DNA of 63,280 bases, counting the filler, from an uncultured Methanosarcinales archaeon (lineage in GTDB: Archaea; Nanobdellota; Nanobdellia; Woesearchaeales; CAYMBN01): NCBI GenBank assembly GCA_964388715.1. It is 4 parts of 4 records of this genome, joined end to end, with 100 filler letters (N's around TTAATTAATTAA, not from the genome) between each part and the next. Parts side by side here need not be neighbours in the genome. Positions count along the whole stretch, not along the records: positions 25,778 to 47,969 come from CAYMBN010000015.1; 3 more parts are not named here. One strand, 5' to 3'. Made by a program: the position numbers and the translations under genes. Shown piece after piece: positions 31,143 to 41,000 of the stretch. Numbering within the stretch: the first letter of the stretch is position 1; each line of letters begins with the position of its first letter. Under the pieces are notes generated by a model, which had not been told where the DNA came from, ran no database searches, and saw only the letters and a program-made list of their open reading frames with translations.

Positions 31143-31811
31143 TTATTGTTTAGTATCTTTTTTCTTCTCAAGAAGAAATTCCATCTCTTTTATCTCTGGA
31201 ATCAATTCATTAATCTTCTTAACAAGTTCCTTTTTTACTTCATCTGGAACAGGATTAAAAACTTTAACAAAAACTTTACTCCCTTCAATTCTTAAATCAG
31301 GCTCTTTAATCCCAAGCTGAAGATTAAAATAAGATTTTAGTTTCTCTTTTATATCTGTAACAATCTTTTTAACTTTAACTTTATAGATTATTTCCTTGCT
31401 TGCAAGTGGATGATTAAAATCAACTATGGTTCTTCCACCAGAAACAGACCTTATTGTCCCAACAACACCATCAATATTAATTTGCAATCCAGGAACAGGT
31501 TGAATATTTTGCCTTGTAAAAACACTTGTTTTAATAATTTTAAGTAATTTACCATCTTTTTTACCAAATGCTTTCTCAACAGGAAGTTCAATTGTATATT
31601 CTTCATCGGTCTTCTTACCAATCATCTCTTCATCAAGTCCTTTAACAAGTTGTGCTTCACCGATACAAACAACAACAGGACCATACTTCATCTTATCACT
31701 AAAAATATCATTCTTTTGTGCAATTTCTTTACTAGTTGTATCAAATATTTCTCCTGTTTCTTTTATTGTACCAGTATATTCAACTTCAACAAAATCATTC
31801 TTTTTAATCAT
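31143..31811 (-). CDS. long-type archaeal FKBP peptidyl-prolyl isomerase
   Basis: VEYTG...GEIFDTT, DFNHPLA and a C-terminal extension. Confidence 0.9.
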   Translation of the reverse strand: MIKKNDFVEVEYTGTIKETGEIFDTTSKEIAQKNDIFSDKMKYGPVVVCIGEAQLVKGLDEEMIGKKTDEEYTIELPVEKAFGKKDGKLLKIIKTSVFTRQNIQPVPGLQINIDGVVGTIRSVSGGRTIVDFNHPLASKEIIYKVKVKKIVTDIKEKLKSYFNLQLGIKEPDLRIEGSKVFVKVFNPVPDEVKKELVKKINELIPEIKEMEFLLEKKKDTKQ

Positions 31812-31917
31812 AATTTAAAGGTTACAGCCGTTATATTTATAGTTTTCTGTTGTTTGGGTTTTCAAGCTATAAAAACCGAAAGGTTTATAAACCTTTTAAT
31901 CACTTAATAGTAGTAAA

Positions 31918-32715
31918 ATGGGTAAAACACTAGAAAAAATACTAATTATTTTACTTAACGGTACAGCTGTATTTGGAGCTGAAGCTATAAAACCAGACTA
32001 TTCTCATGCAGGATTATTTGGTAAATCAAGAAAAGAAAAAAGAAAAGAAAAAGAAGAGAAAAGAAAAGCACTTTTTCCTGAAATAAAATATGGTCACAGA
32101 GATGATTTTAAAGGTAAAGGATCACAAAAGATGCCGCCTCAAAACAAAAAATATGGTATTGTTAAAAGAATATTTCATTATGAAAGAAGTGGAGCTAAAT
32201 TACTGGCTGTTAAAGAAAATTTAAAAAAATATTTCATTGAAGGAATAAAATTACACTATAAAAAATCTGCTGATTCTAAAGCAGAAGAACAAAGAGCGAT
32301 TAACTTTGTTGAAAAATTTTTAATTGGTTGGTTATTGGATTATGGAAAAGCATACAATTATTTTAACATTGGAATTAATAATAGAGGAGAAGGAGTATTT
32401 AATTTTAACAATCAAGTAATTATAGTGCCAAAAGATTTTGCAGTTATAACAGCACTTGCATGTTATAAAGAAACTGTTGAAGAGATTTTAAATTCAAGAG
32501 ATTTAGATTTACTAGAAAGGTTAAATTATGATTTAAAGATTGCTTTAAGACAATACGATGATGAAATTAAAAGTTTTGCAGTTGGTATGGCAACTAACGC
32601 TTTAATAAAAGGAGTAGGTCCTGCCGGTAAAGTGATTAAAAAAATCAACCCAACATCTAGTGTTAGACCTGTTAATGGAAAATATAATGCTTTTAATAAA
32701 TATATGGAAAGATAA
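31918..32715 (+). CDS. hypothetical protein, possibly exported
   Basis: N-terminal hydrophobic stretch; own TATA (aaaggtttataa). Confidence 0.6.
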   Translation: MGKTLEKILIILLNGTAVFGAEAIKPDYSHAGLFGKSRKEKRKEKEEKRKALFPEIKYGHRDDFKGKGSQKMPPQNKKYGIVKRIFHYERSGAKLLAVKENLKKYFIEGIKLHYKKSADSKAEEQRAINFVEKFLIGWLLDYGKAYNYFNIGINNRGEGVFNFNNQVIIVPKDFAVITALACYKETVEEILNSRDLDLLERLNYDLKIALRQYDDEIKSFAVGMATNALIKGVGPAGKVIKKINPTSSVRPVNGKYNAFNKYMER

Positions 32716-32716
32716 A

Positions 32717-33262
32717 TTATTTAATAAATTTTAGAATTTCCTTCAAAACTTCTTCAATACTTAATTTTGTAGTATCAATAACTAAATCATAATTATTCTT
32801 ATCAGTAATATCAATTTTATACACTTTTTTATATCTCTCTTTTTCATATTTCTCTCTTTCCCTTATATTTTTTATTAATTCATTAACATCACTAGCCTTT
32901 TCCTCAACCCTTTTATGCTTAAAAATCCTCTCAGCCCCAACAATTTCATCAACATTCAAAAATATTTTAATTGAATTAGGTAAAAAATCAAATGCAGTCC
33001 TACTTACTATAACAACATCCTTTTCTTTCTCAGCAAACTGTTTTAATTTATTATCAATCACAATATCAATTGGAAAACCATCATCTTCATATTGTTCTGT
33101 TGCCATATATTTGTTCAACTCAGTAATTGACATACCTCTTTCCTTACCAACTTGCCTAAACATATCACCACCAGATTTAACTTTATGATTAAGCTTTTTA
33201 CCTAATAATTTAGCAATAGTTGATTTTCCAGAGCCAGGTGTCCCTGTGATTGTAATTATCAT
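32717..33262 (-). CDS. cmk: cytidylate kinase (archaeal type), paralogue 2
   Basis: MIITITGTPGSGKST, GDMFR and RY...Y.ID......YDLVIDTT motifs. Confidence 0.88.
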   Translation of the reverse strand: MIITITGTPGSGKSTIAKLLGKKLNHKVKSGGDMFRQVGKERGMSITELNKYMATEQYEDDGFPIDIVIDNKLKQFAEKEKDVVIVSRTAFDFLPNSIKIFLNVDEIVGAERIFKHKRVEEKASDVNELIKNIREREKYEKERYKKVYKIDITDKNNYDLVIDTTKLSIEEVLKEILKFIK

Positions 33263-33412
33263 TCTTATTCATTTTGATACTAACTAACATTTAAAACTTT
33301 CGGATAAAAAGCAAAATACAAATAAGCAATTTTAGAGAAAAAATTTATATACTAAGTAGTATTGTAATATACATAGGGGAGTTTAGAGGAGCATAAACAA
33401 TAGTGAGCTAAA

Positions 33413-34378
33413 ATGTCCCAACAAGAAATAGAAAAAACTTTAGCACAGGAATTCTTAGAATGCTTTAATCCAGAGTGCAGTTATAGAAATCAAACAGAAT
33501 TTGACATTTCTTTTGGACCTAATTCTGAAAAAATACATCACATAATCAATAATGGAAGTGGTTTGTTAAACCAAATAAATAATTTAACACAAAATGTTAC
33601 AATGCGGGTTTCTGAATTAGAAGACAGAATGAACTTACAAGGACAATTACATCAAGATGATTTGATAGCGGTTGAAAAAAAACAAGATGGTTTTGTCCTA
33701 GAACTCAATAGAAATTATGCTGATTTTGGAGATTTATACTCTTTTGCAATATTTAAAGAATATCAAGGACATTCAATATTTATTTCTTCAAGCGAATTAG
33801 TAAGAGAAAAACACACTAACCATGGTAAAGTTGAATATGCTTCTATCAGTGACATATTACTAAAGATTGATGGAGAAGAATATATTAATGAGTTATATGC
33901 TATTTCTAATAGAAATAAAAGAGCACCTTTTTTAGTTGGATTCCTAAAAGATATTTGTACAGAGTATGACAAAACAAGCAAATTCGAAAAAGAAAAAGTA
34001 AAACAAATCCTAAAGGAAAATAAAGAAGAAGAGGAAGATGAAAAAGATCAACAGGAAGATAAAGATGATCAAGCAACAGTTTACTTTATCAGCCCAGACC
34101 TAAAAAATAGAATCAACGGCAAATTTAGTCTTATAACTGATGATAAAGGTTTTAGAATAAAGTGCAATGATGAAACAAAAGAGTTAGAAGCTTTCTTTTT
34201 CCATGACTATGGTCGTTTAGGTAAAAGGTACATAGACAGTCTAGAAAATTTCCATGAACAAATTGCATTTGAAATATTCCATTTTGAAAATCTTAATCTT
34301 CCTGATAAACTATATGCAGTATCAAAAATAATAGAAAACAAAAAATTATATGATCAAAGAGCACAACAATTCCATTAA
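33413..34378 (+). CDS. hypothetical protein
   Basis: 321-aa ORF with upstream TATA; no family recognised. Confidence 0.6.
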   Translation: MSQQEIEKTLAQEFLECFNPECSYRNQTEFDISFGPNSEKIHHIINNGSGLLNQINNLTQNVTMRVSELEDRMNLQGQLHQDDLIAVEKKQDGFVLELNRNYADFGDLYSFAIFKEYQGHSIFISSSELVREKHTNHGKVEYASISDILLKIDGEEYINELYAISNRNKRAPFLVGFLKDICTEYDKTSKFEKEKVKQILKENKEEEEDEKDQQEDKDDQATVYFISPDLKNRINGKFSLITDDKGFRIKCNDETKELEAFFFHDYGRLGKRYIDSLENFHEQIAFEIFHFENLNLPDKLYAVSKIIENKKLYDQRAQQFH

Positions 34379-34855
34379 TCAATCTTCAGCTTCTTCTGTT
34401 TCTCTTCTAATTACTTTAACAGCGTCCATCTTTACTGTAATTGGAATCGGAACTGCACTTTCAAGTAATTCAACAACAACTTCTTCTTTCTGCTTATCAA
34501 TCCTAGTTACTTTTGCGTTTTCTCTCTTAAAAGGCCCACTGATTAATTCAACAATATCATTCTTTTTAATATTCATCTCTTGTTTAACTTGCTCAAGCAT
34601 ATGTTCAATTTCCCTATACTCAACTTCTTTAGGTAAAACACCACGTGCATAAGGTACATTAAATGCAGCTTGCTCTGCATCTGTTCTTGTTGCAGCTTCC
34701 ATGAAAATATAACCTCTCATTCCATGTGGTCTTACTATTGTATACACTTCTAATTTCTTTTTTTGAGCATTACTTGTAACAAAATCCATAACCTGATCTT
34801 CCCTATTTGCAGTAGTTCTTAATGCAAATAATGTTTCCTTTTTTGTTTCACTCAT
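34379..34855 (-). CDS. spt5: transcription elongation factor Spt5 (NusG)
   Basis: NGN domain (GYIFMEA) plus KOW domain (VELISGPFK). Confidence 0.95.
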   Translation of the reverse strand: MSETKKETLFALRTTANREDQVMDFVTSNAQKKKLEVYTIVRPHGMRGYIFMEAATRTDAEQAAFNVPYARGVLPKEVEYREIEHMLEQVKQEMNIKKNDIVELISGPFKRENAKVTRIDKQKEEVVVELLESAVPIPITVKMDAVKVIRRETEEAED

Positions 34856-35040
34856 TTGAATAACACCTGAAATAACATTGATATCACAAATCCTAGTAAT
34901 CCAATGACTAAGATTCCAATACCTGATACCTTAACTATTGTTTTAAACTCTTCTGAAGAAGGTTTTTTTGTCAATGTTAAAACTCTTCTGCATTCTTTAA
35001 TAAAAGATTTAAAACGAATCCATTTAACTTTCCAATCCAT
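34852..35040 (-). CDS. secE: protein translocase SecE/Sec61-gamma
   Basis: RVL.LTKKPS.EEF...VSGIG...GLLGF; adjacent to spt5. Confidence 0.95.
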   Translation of the reverse strand: MDWKVKWIRFKSFIKECRRVLTLTKKPSSEEFKTIVKVSGIGILVIGLLGFVISMLFQVLFK

Positions 35041-35135
35041 TTTAATACTAAAACTAGATTTTTATTTATAAATCTTTCTATTCAAAAACAATTCAACAAA
35101 AGATTTATAAATATAATGGATTTTTTCAAAGGTAT

Positions 35136-35229
35136 AGCGGGGTAGGGCAGTTAGGAGTGCCCGTCGGGCTCATAATTTAATTCAAAATGAGGCACCCGGA
35201 GGTCGGAGGTTCAAATCCTCTCCCCGCTA
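35136..35229 (+). tRNA. initiator tRNA-Met(CAU) with a 19-nt intron at 37/38 (35175-35193)
   Basis: A1:U72, AGCGGGG/CCCCGCT acceptor stem, GGG/CCC anticodon stem, BHB helix ctca/tgag; TATA at 35104-35110. Confidence 0.93.
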
Positions 35230-35254
35230 ATTATCAAATTAAAAGGTGATACTC

Positions 35255-35503
35255 ATGGAAGAAAAAGAACAAGATATTTATTCTAAAGAAGGAAGAGAAA
35301 AATTAGTAGAAGATGGTGAAATAACACCAGAAGAAGACGGTTTTATGCAAGGAGAATCTAATGAAGGACAAGATGCAAAGTGTAGAAACTGTGGAACAGC
35401 ATTACTTGACGAAAAAAAGATAGTAGAAAAAGTAATCAAAGAAGAAAAATGTCTTTTCTGCTGTGACAAATGTGCAGAAGAGTATTCTGAGAAAAAAGAA
35501 TAA
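35255..35503 (+). CDS. small acidic metal-binding protein (TRASH-like CxxC...CCxxC)
   Basis: CRNCG...FCCDKC; SD aggtga. Confidence 0.75.
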   Translation: MEEKEQDIYSKEGREKLVEDGEITPEEDGFMQGESNEGQDAKCRNCGTALLDEKKIVEKVIKEEKCLFCCDKCAEEYSEKKE

Positions 35504-35548
35504 TTTTTTAGTAACATTAATAAACTTTGAATTCTATTTTTTATTATA

Positions 35549-36217
35549 ATGAAACTTATTTGTGGTGTTGAGGAAGCTGGAAGAGGGCCTGTCATTGGTC
35601 CAATGGTAATGTGTGGCCTCACAATTGATGAGAAAAAAGAGCCTATGCTAAAAAAGATAGGTGCAAAAGACTCTAAACTTCTCAGTCCAAAACAAAGAGA
35701 ATTTCTTTACAAAAAAATTCTAACAATTGTCAAAAAATCAGAAGTAGTCATCCTAAGAGCATGGCAAGTTGACGCTGCTCTACAAGATCCAAAACTTAAT
35801 CTCAACTGGTTAGAAGCACTAACATCTGCAAAAATCATTGCAAAACTCAAACCAGATAAAGCAATTCTAGATTGTCCAAGTAATAATATCAAAGCATACA
35901 CAGCTTATGTAAAAAAAGAATTAGAAAAATTAAAAATTAAAAAAAAGATTGAACTTATTTCAGAGCACAAAGCAGATCTTAACCATCCTATAGTATCAGC
36001 AGCTTCGATCATTGCAAAAGTAACACGAGATAGAGAAATTGAAAAAATAAAAAAGATAATAAAGCAAGATTTTGGTTCAGGCTATCCTTCTGATCCAACC
36101 ACACAAGAATTCTTAAAAAAGAACTATAAAAAATTCAAAAAATACTTTAGAACTACATGGAGTACTTATCAAGAAATAAAAAACAGCAAAACCCAAAAAA
36201 AATTAGGTGAATTCTAA
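35549..36217 (+). CDS. rnhB: ribonuclease HII
   Basis: GVEEAGRGPVIGP, DSKLL, VSAASIIAKV and GSGYPSDP motifs. Confidence 0.96.
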   Translation: MKLICGVEEAGRGPVIGPMVMCGLTIDEKKEPMLKKIGAKDSKLLSPKQREFLYKKILTIVKKSEVVILRAWQVDAALQDPKLNLNWLEALTSAKIIAKLKPDKAILDCPSNNIKAYTAYVKKELEKLKIKKKIELISEHKADLNHPIVSAASIIAKVTRDREIEKIKKIIKQDFGSGYPSDPTTQEFLKKNYKKFKKYFRTTWSTYQEIKNSKTQKKLGEF

Positions 36218-37680
36218 CTCCTCTCAGTCCTTTCAGCTGTCTTAACTTCAATTGGTTTTTTCTTTGTAAAAAACTCAATTGCTTCAGCCAACTCTTTATG
36301 ATCTTTAGCATACTTCTTAATATCAATCTTTTTCAAATAAGCCTCACATGATTGCACTAATGCTGTTGCACCAGCTTTAGTTCCTTTTGGGTGTGCATGA
36401 CAACCAGCACCCATTGTAGTTATAAAATCAACATTACCCATAACATCAATAAAAGGTTTAAGTAATGTTGGATTTAATCCACCAGATATAATTGGACAAC
36501 ACTTTTTCATACCACGCCATTCATCATCATCCAATATAACATGATGTGCAACATCTTCATGCACTAATCTTAAAGCATCTTCATCTTTCTCAGGTATCTT
36601 AGCCCATGACTGTTTAAAAAAATGTCCTAGTGCAGTATAACTTTGTATATTATGCGCAGCAACAATATCTTCTCCAGGAGAACCTTTCATCTTACCAACT
36701 CCTGCAGTCCCAGTATGAATACCAGAAGCACCTGCTAATCTAGCAAACTTAGACAAAACTAACACAGTAAAACCAATTGGATTTTCTGGTCGTGTAAATG
36801 CACCATGCGCAGCACGATGAAAATGTATAAATACTTTAGGATACCTTCTTCTTAATGTTTGCAAAGCCATCCATCCTGCTGTAATCCCATCAATTAGAAA
36901 AGCATAACTACCTAGCTCAAACCCAGCATTGATAATCATTTCACATCTCTTAATCATTGTATCAAAATCAGGCGCAGAAACATTAAATGAATGCACTTTC
37001 TTTTTTCTTGTTTCTTTAACAGCTTTATCCATTGCTTTTTTAACATGCTTAACCATCTTATTATATGGACAAAAATCTTGATTAGCTTGTGGTTCATCAT
37101 TCTTAACAAAATCACCACCACCAACCCAAAAATCATAACATACCTCTGCATATTCTGCTGATGTTAAACCCATCTTTGGTTTAATTATTGTCCCAAGTAT
37201 TGGCCTACCATAAACACTTAGATATTTTCTCATATTATCAATAGTATAACTTGGCCCATCATATTGTTCTAACATAGCAGGTGGAAACCAAACATCAAGT
37301 AATTTCAATGCAATCACTTCTTTCATACCTAAAACATTACCAACAATATAAGTAAGAATATTTTGAACATTCCCAGGCCTATCAAAAAGTCTCCATGGAT
37401 ATGCAATCCAAACTAAACTTTTCTTAAGATCAAGCTTGTAAACTAATGCATTCATTTCTCTTGAAAAAGGAGTTTCAGTCTTAACTCTAAAATTAGTACC
37501 TGTTGAAGACTCAGCTGCAACCTCAGTAGCTGCCTGTAAAATATTTGCACCTTTACAAGGCTTCAAATGAAACACAGTAAGAAGATATTCTCCATTCTTA
37601 GGCTTACCCAACCTCAGATTAACATAAGCCTTTTGTTTAGAATTAAGTGATTTCAATAATTGCGATTGATTCATTGCCAT
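36214..37680 (-). CDS. rbcL: RuBisCO, form II/III
   Basis: AAESSTGT, GTIIKPKMGL, GGDFVKNDE, HFHRA and HTGT..GKM motifs, plus a C-terminal insertion (...EDVAHHVILDDDEWRGMKKCCPIISGG) like Methanococcoides burtonii RuBisCO. Confidence 0.95.
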   Translation of the reverse strand: MAMNQSQLLKSLNSKQKAYVNLRLGKPKNGEYLLTVFHLKPCKGANILQAATEVAAESSTGTNFRVKTETPFSREMNALVYKLDLKKSLVWIAYPWRLFDRPGNVQNILTYIVGNVLGMKEVIALKLLDVWFPPAMLEQYDGPSYTIDNMRKYLSVYGRPILGTIIKPKMGLTSAEYAEVCYDFWVGGGDFVKNDEPQANQDFCPYNKMVKHVKKAMDKAVKETRKKKVHSFNVSAPDFDTMIKRCEMIINAGFELGSYAFLIDGITAGWMALQTLRRRYPKVFIHFHRAAHGAFTRPENPIGFTVLVLSKFARLAGASGIHTGTAGVGKMKGSPGEDIVAAHNIQSYTALGHFFKQSWAKIPEKDEDALRLVHEDVAHHVILDDDEWRGMKKCCPIISGGLNPTLLKPFIDVMGNVDFITTMGAGCHAHPKGTKAGATALVQSCEAYLKKIDIKKYAKDHKELAEAIEFFTKKKPIEVKTAERTERS

Positions 37681-37806
37681 ACTATTCAACCTCCTTTTTT
37701 AATAATTATATAATCAATGTTTAAATATTTGTTGGTTTCAACCAAAACATTTTAGAAATAAATTTCTAAACCGTTTCGATTTTCAATAGAAAAGTTTATA
37801 AATTAC

Positions 37807-37835
37807 AGTGCATTAATGCATAGCATTAGTGCACT
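37807..37835. promoter_or_regulatory. palindromic operator between TATA box and HTH gene start
   Basis: agtgcattaatgc-ata-gcattagtgcact (13-bp arms, one mismatch), right after TATA tttataaa at 37795. Confidence 0.7.
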
Positions 37836-38030
37836 ATGGATAAAAAACAGAGAGTAATCAAACTTCTGAAAAGCAACACAGATGGTCTTACCATCCTTGA
37901 GATAGCTAAAGAACTCAAGATTTCTCGTAATACTGTTCCTGTCATACTTGCTGAACTAAAAGGAGCAGAGTTAATTAGAGTAAGACCAGTTGGAAGGTGT
38001 AAATTACATTATTGGAAAGGTAAAAAATGA
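37836..38030 (+). CDS. winged-HTH transcriptional regulator
   Basis: GLTILEIAKELKISRNTV...L....LI...VG..KL.Y; ATGA overlap with the next gene. Confidence 0.85.
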   Translation: MDKKQRVIKLLKSNTDGLTILEIAKELKISRNTVPVILAELKGAELIRVRPVGRCKLHYWKGKK

Positions 38031-41000
38031 TAGATAAAAGAATAAACAAACTTGTAATGTTGATTTTATCTATTGTATTTATAATTCAATTAGTTAATGC
38101 AGCAAGTGTTGGTTTAAGTTGGGTTTACCCTACTTCTAATATTAATGTTTCACAGTATAACTTCTTTAACACCACAGTAAATGTAAGTTGTTTTGGTAGT
38201 AATTGTGGAGAAATTAACGTCAGCTTAGATCCGTTTTGTACTGGTGCTAAAGAATATACAAGTCCTGTAGCTTGTACTGCTAGTGGAGTATATAGTGGAA
38301 GTTATTTATGTACTAAAGCTATTGATGGATCTGCTGGTACTATATGGTTATCTTCTTCTGGTGCACCTGAATGGATATTAGTGGATTTAGGTTCTGAAAA
38401 ATGTGTTAGTGGGTTAAGAGTCAATCCATCAAGTAGGAGTAATCAAGTTGCACATGTTGATATTTCAGAAGATAATGTCACCTGGACAAGGGTTTTAACT
38501 TCCTGGACAATTCCAACATCATCTGCTTGGAATGAAAACACGTTCAATGAAACAACAAGAGTGAGGTATGTAAGATTAAATGTCACTACGTTTGTAGCTT
38601 CATGGGCGTATATTGCAGAAATAGAGATTATAACAAGGGAATCTAGTAAAGGTGGATTAATAACAACAAATACTTCAGCAACTCCTTTCTATACAAACAC
38701 CACAAATCCTTACAATATAAGCTTAAATCAAGATGAATCTTCTATTGTGACCTGGTGGGTTAATGCAACAGGAGACCTTAATACCACATATGAATTTTTT
38801 GTCTTTGCAAACATGACTTCAAATCAGAGCATAAATAACATAACTTCAATCTTAAATATTTCAACTATTGATGATACTGTACCAACATTAAACATTACTT
38901 ATCCAATCAATACTACTTATAATGTACATGTCACTAAATTGAATTACACTTACTCTGACCAAAATGGAGGAGGTTTTTGTTGGTATTCAAATAGTTCTGG
39001 AACTTGGAATTCAACACCAGTTTCAGCTGAAACTAACTTCACTGGATTATCTAATTTTGAAGGTGGCAATACTTGGACTGTTTATTGTAATGATTCATCC
39101 GGAAACTCAAATTCCACAACAGTTACCTTCACACAAGATACACCGCTAATTGGACTTGATAGAATTTACCCAACAGGAAATATAGTTGTGAATAAAAGTG
39201 ATTTCTTTAATGTTTCTGTTAATGTTTCTTGTTCAAAAGCAAATTGTGGAGAAATTAATGTTAGTTTAGATCCTATTTGTACTGGTAATTCCTCATATGA
39301 AACACCATCTAGTATTCAAAATTGTAGTTCGGAATATACAATATCTCCATTCTATTGTAACTATAGTAATACTGGAAATATAAATGATGGTTGGATCTCT
39401 CAATCCTCGGGTTCTGCTTACTCTTGGATATGGTGGGAGCTAAATTACACTAAATGTATAAGTGGTATGAAGGCGTATGTTCAGTCTGGATATAATGAAC
39501 AAGTTGTTGACGTTGATGTTTCTGATAACGGCGTTACTTGGACCAGAGTTGTAGATGACTGGACATTTACAACAATTGGATGGAATGAAGAGACAAATTT
39601 TACTGAATTTTCAGGAAATTATGTAAGATTTAATATGTCTAATTCAGGTTATTATGAGGGTGTATGGGAAGTTCAATTCAAAACGCGAGATGGATGCAAA
39701 GCAGGAATAATTTCCATGGATGAATTAGCAACACCTTTTTATACAAACACTACAAATCCATATAATATAAGTTTAAATGAAAATACTTCATCTGTTGTTA
39801 CATGGTGGGTAAATCCAACAGGAGAAAATAATACTGTATATGAGTTCTTTGTATATGCTAATAAAACAGAAGACATGACTATAAGTAATATTACTTCTGT
39901 ATGGAATGTAACTACAATTGAATTCCTTGTTCCTTTAGTTAATATTACATATCCTCAAAACGGTTCAAATTATGTAATTAATGTTTCAACCTTAAATTAC
40001 ACAGTATTAAGTGCTTCAGGATTTAATGTAACCAACTGTTGGTGGAGTAATTCTTCTGGAGTTTGGAATTCATCAGCACAAAATCCTGGAACAAATTGGA
40101 CAGGTTTAGCAAGTATTGAGGGATGGAATAACTGGACTGTTTTTTGTAATGATACTATTAGTAAGATAGGAAATGATTCAGTCACTTTTTACAAAGACAC
40201 AGTCTTTCCTGTATTTAATAATATTACTAATCAAACAATTTTACAAAAAGATAGTTTAGGATATCAAATAAATGCAACTGATTCTTCTGGAATTAGTTGT
40301 TTAACAGTTAATGATTCCACAAATTTCAAAATAAATTGTTCTGGTTACTTAGAGAATAATACCTTTGTGAATGTTGGTTTGTATTGGTTAAATATAACAA
40401 TCAATGATACTACTAATAATATAAATTCTACTTTGATGTGGGTAAATGTTACTCCTACACCTCAAATAGGTTTGACTTTAAGTTCACCAACAGGGAATGT
40501 TAATGTTACTCAAAACCAGACGTTCCAAGTTTCTGTAAATGTTTCATGTTCCAGTGCAAATTGTGGAGAGATTAATCTTAGTTTGGATGCTATTTATGAA
40601 AATATAAGTGATGTAGATATTGCTTTTGTTTGTTATTATAGTGGATGCAGTCAATCTGATGATTTTACAGACTATTTGATTGGTGAAGGTTTTCAATTAA
40701 CACAAAAACAATATACTGCCTGGTCAGATGCAACACTAAATGATACTGCTTTTGATGTCATGGTTGCTGGCGGTTATTATTATGTTCAAGACGTTGCTTT
40801 TAATAACGCTGCTGATCCAGCTAGAGATGCTTTTGAAGATGAAGCAATACCACTTGTTATTGCTGCTGATGAATGTGATGCATGTCAAGATATGGGAATA
40901 ACTACTAGTGATGGAACTATTGATTATACTCAAACATCTATTACTAATATATCATCACATAACATAATGACTGGTTATTCTGGTACTGTTACAATAGCTC

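Noticed and set aside
29944..35040. Rearranged ftsZ/secE/spt5/rpl11 cluster
   Set aside because: Gene-order shuffling is common in DPANN and implies no new function.
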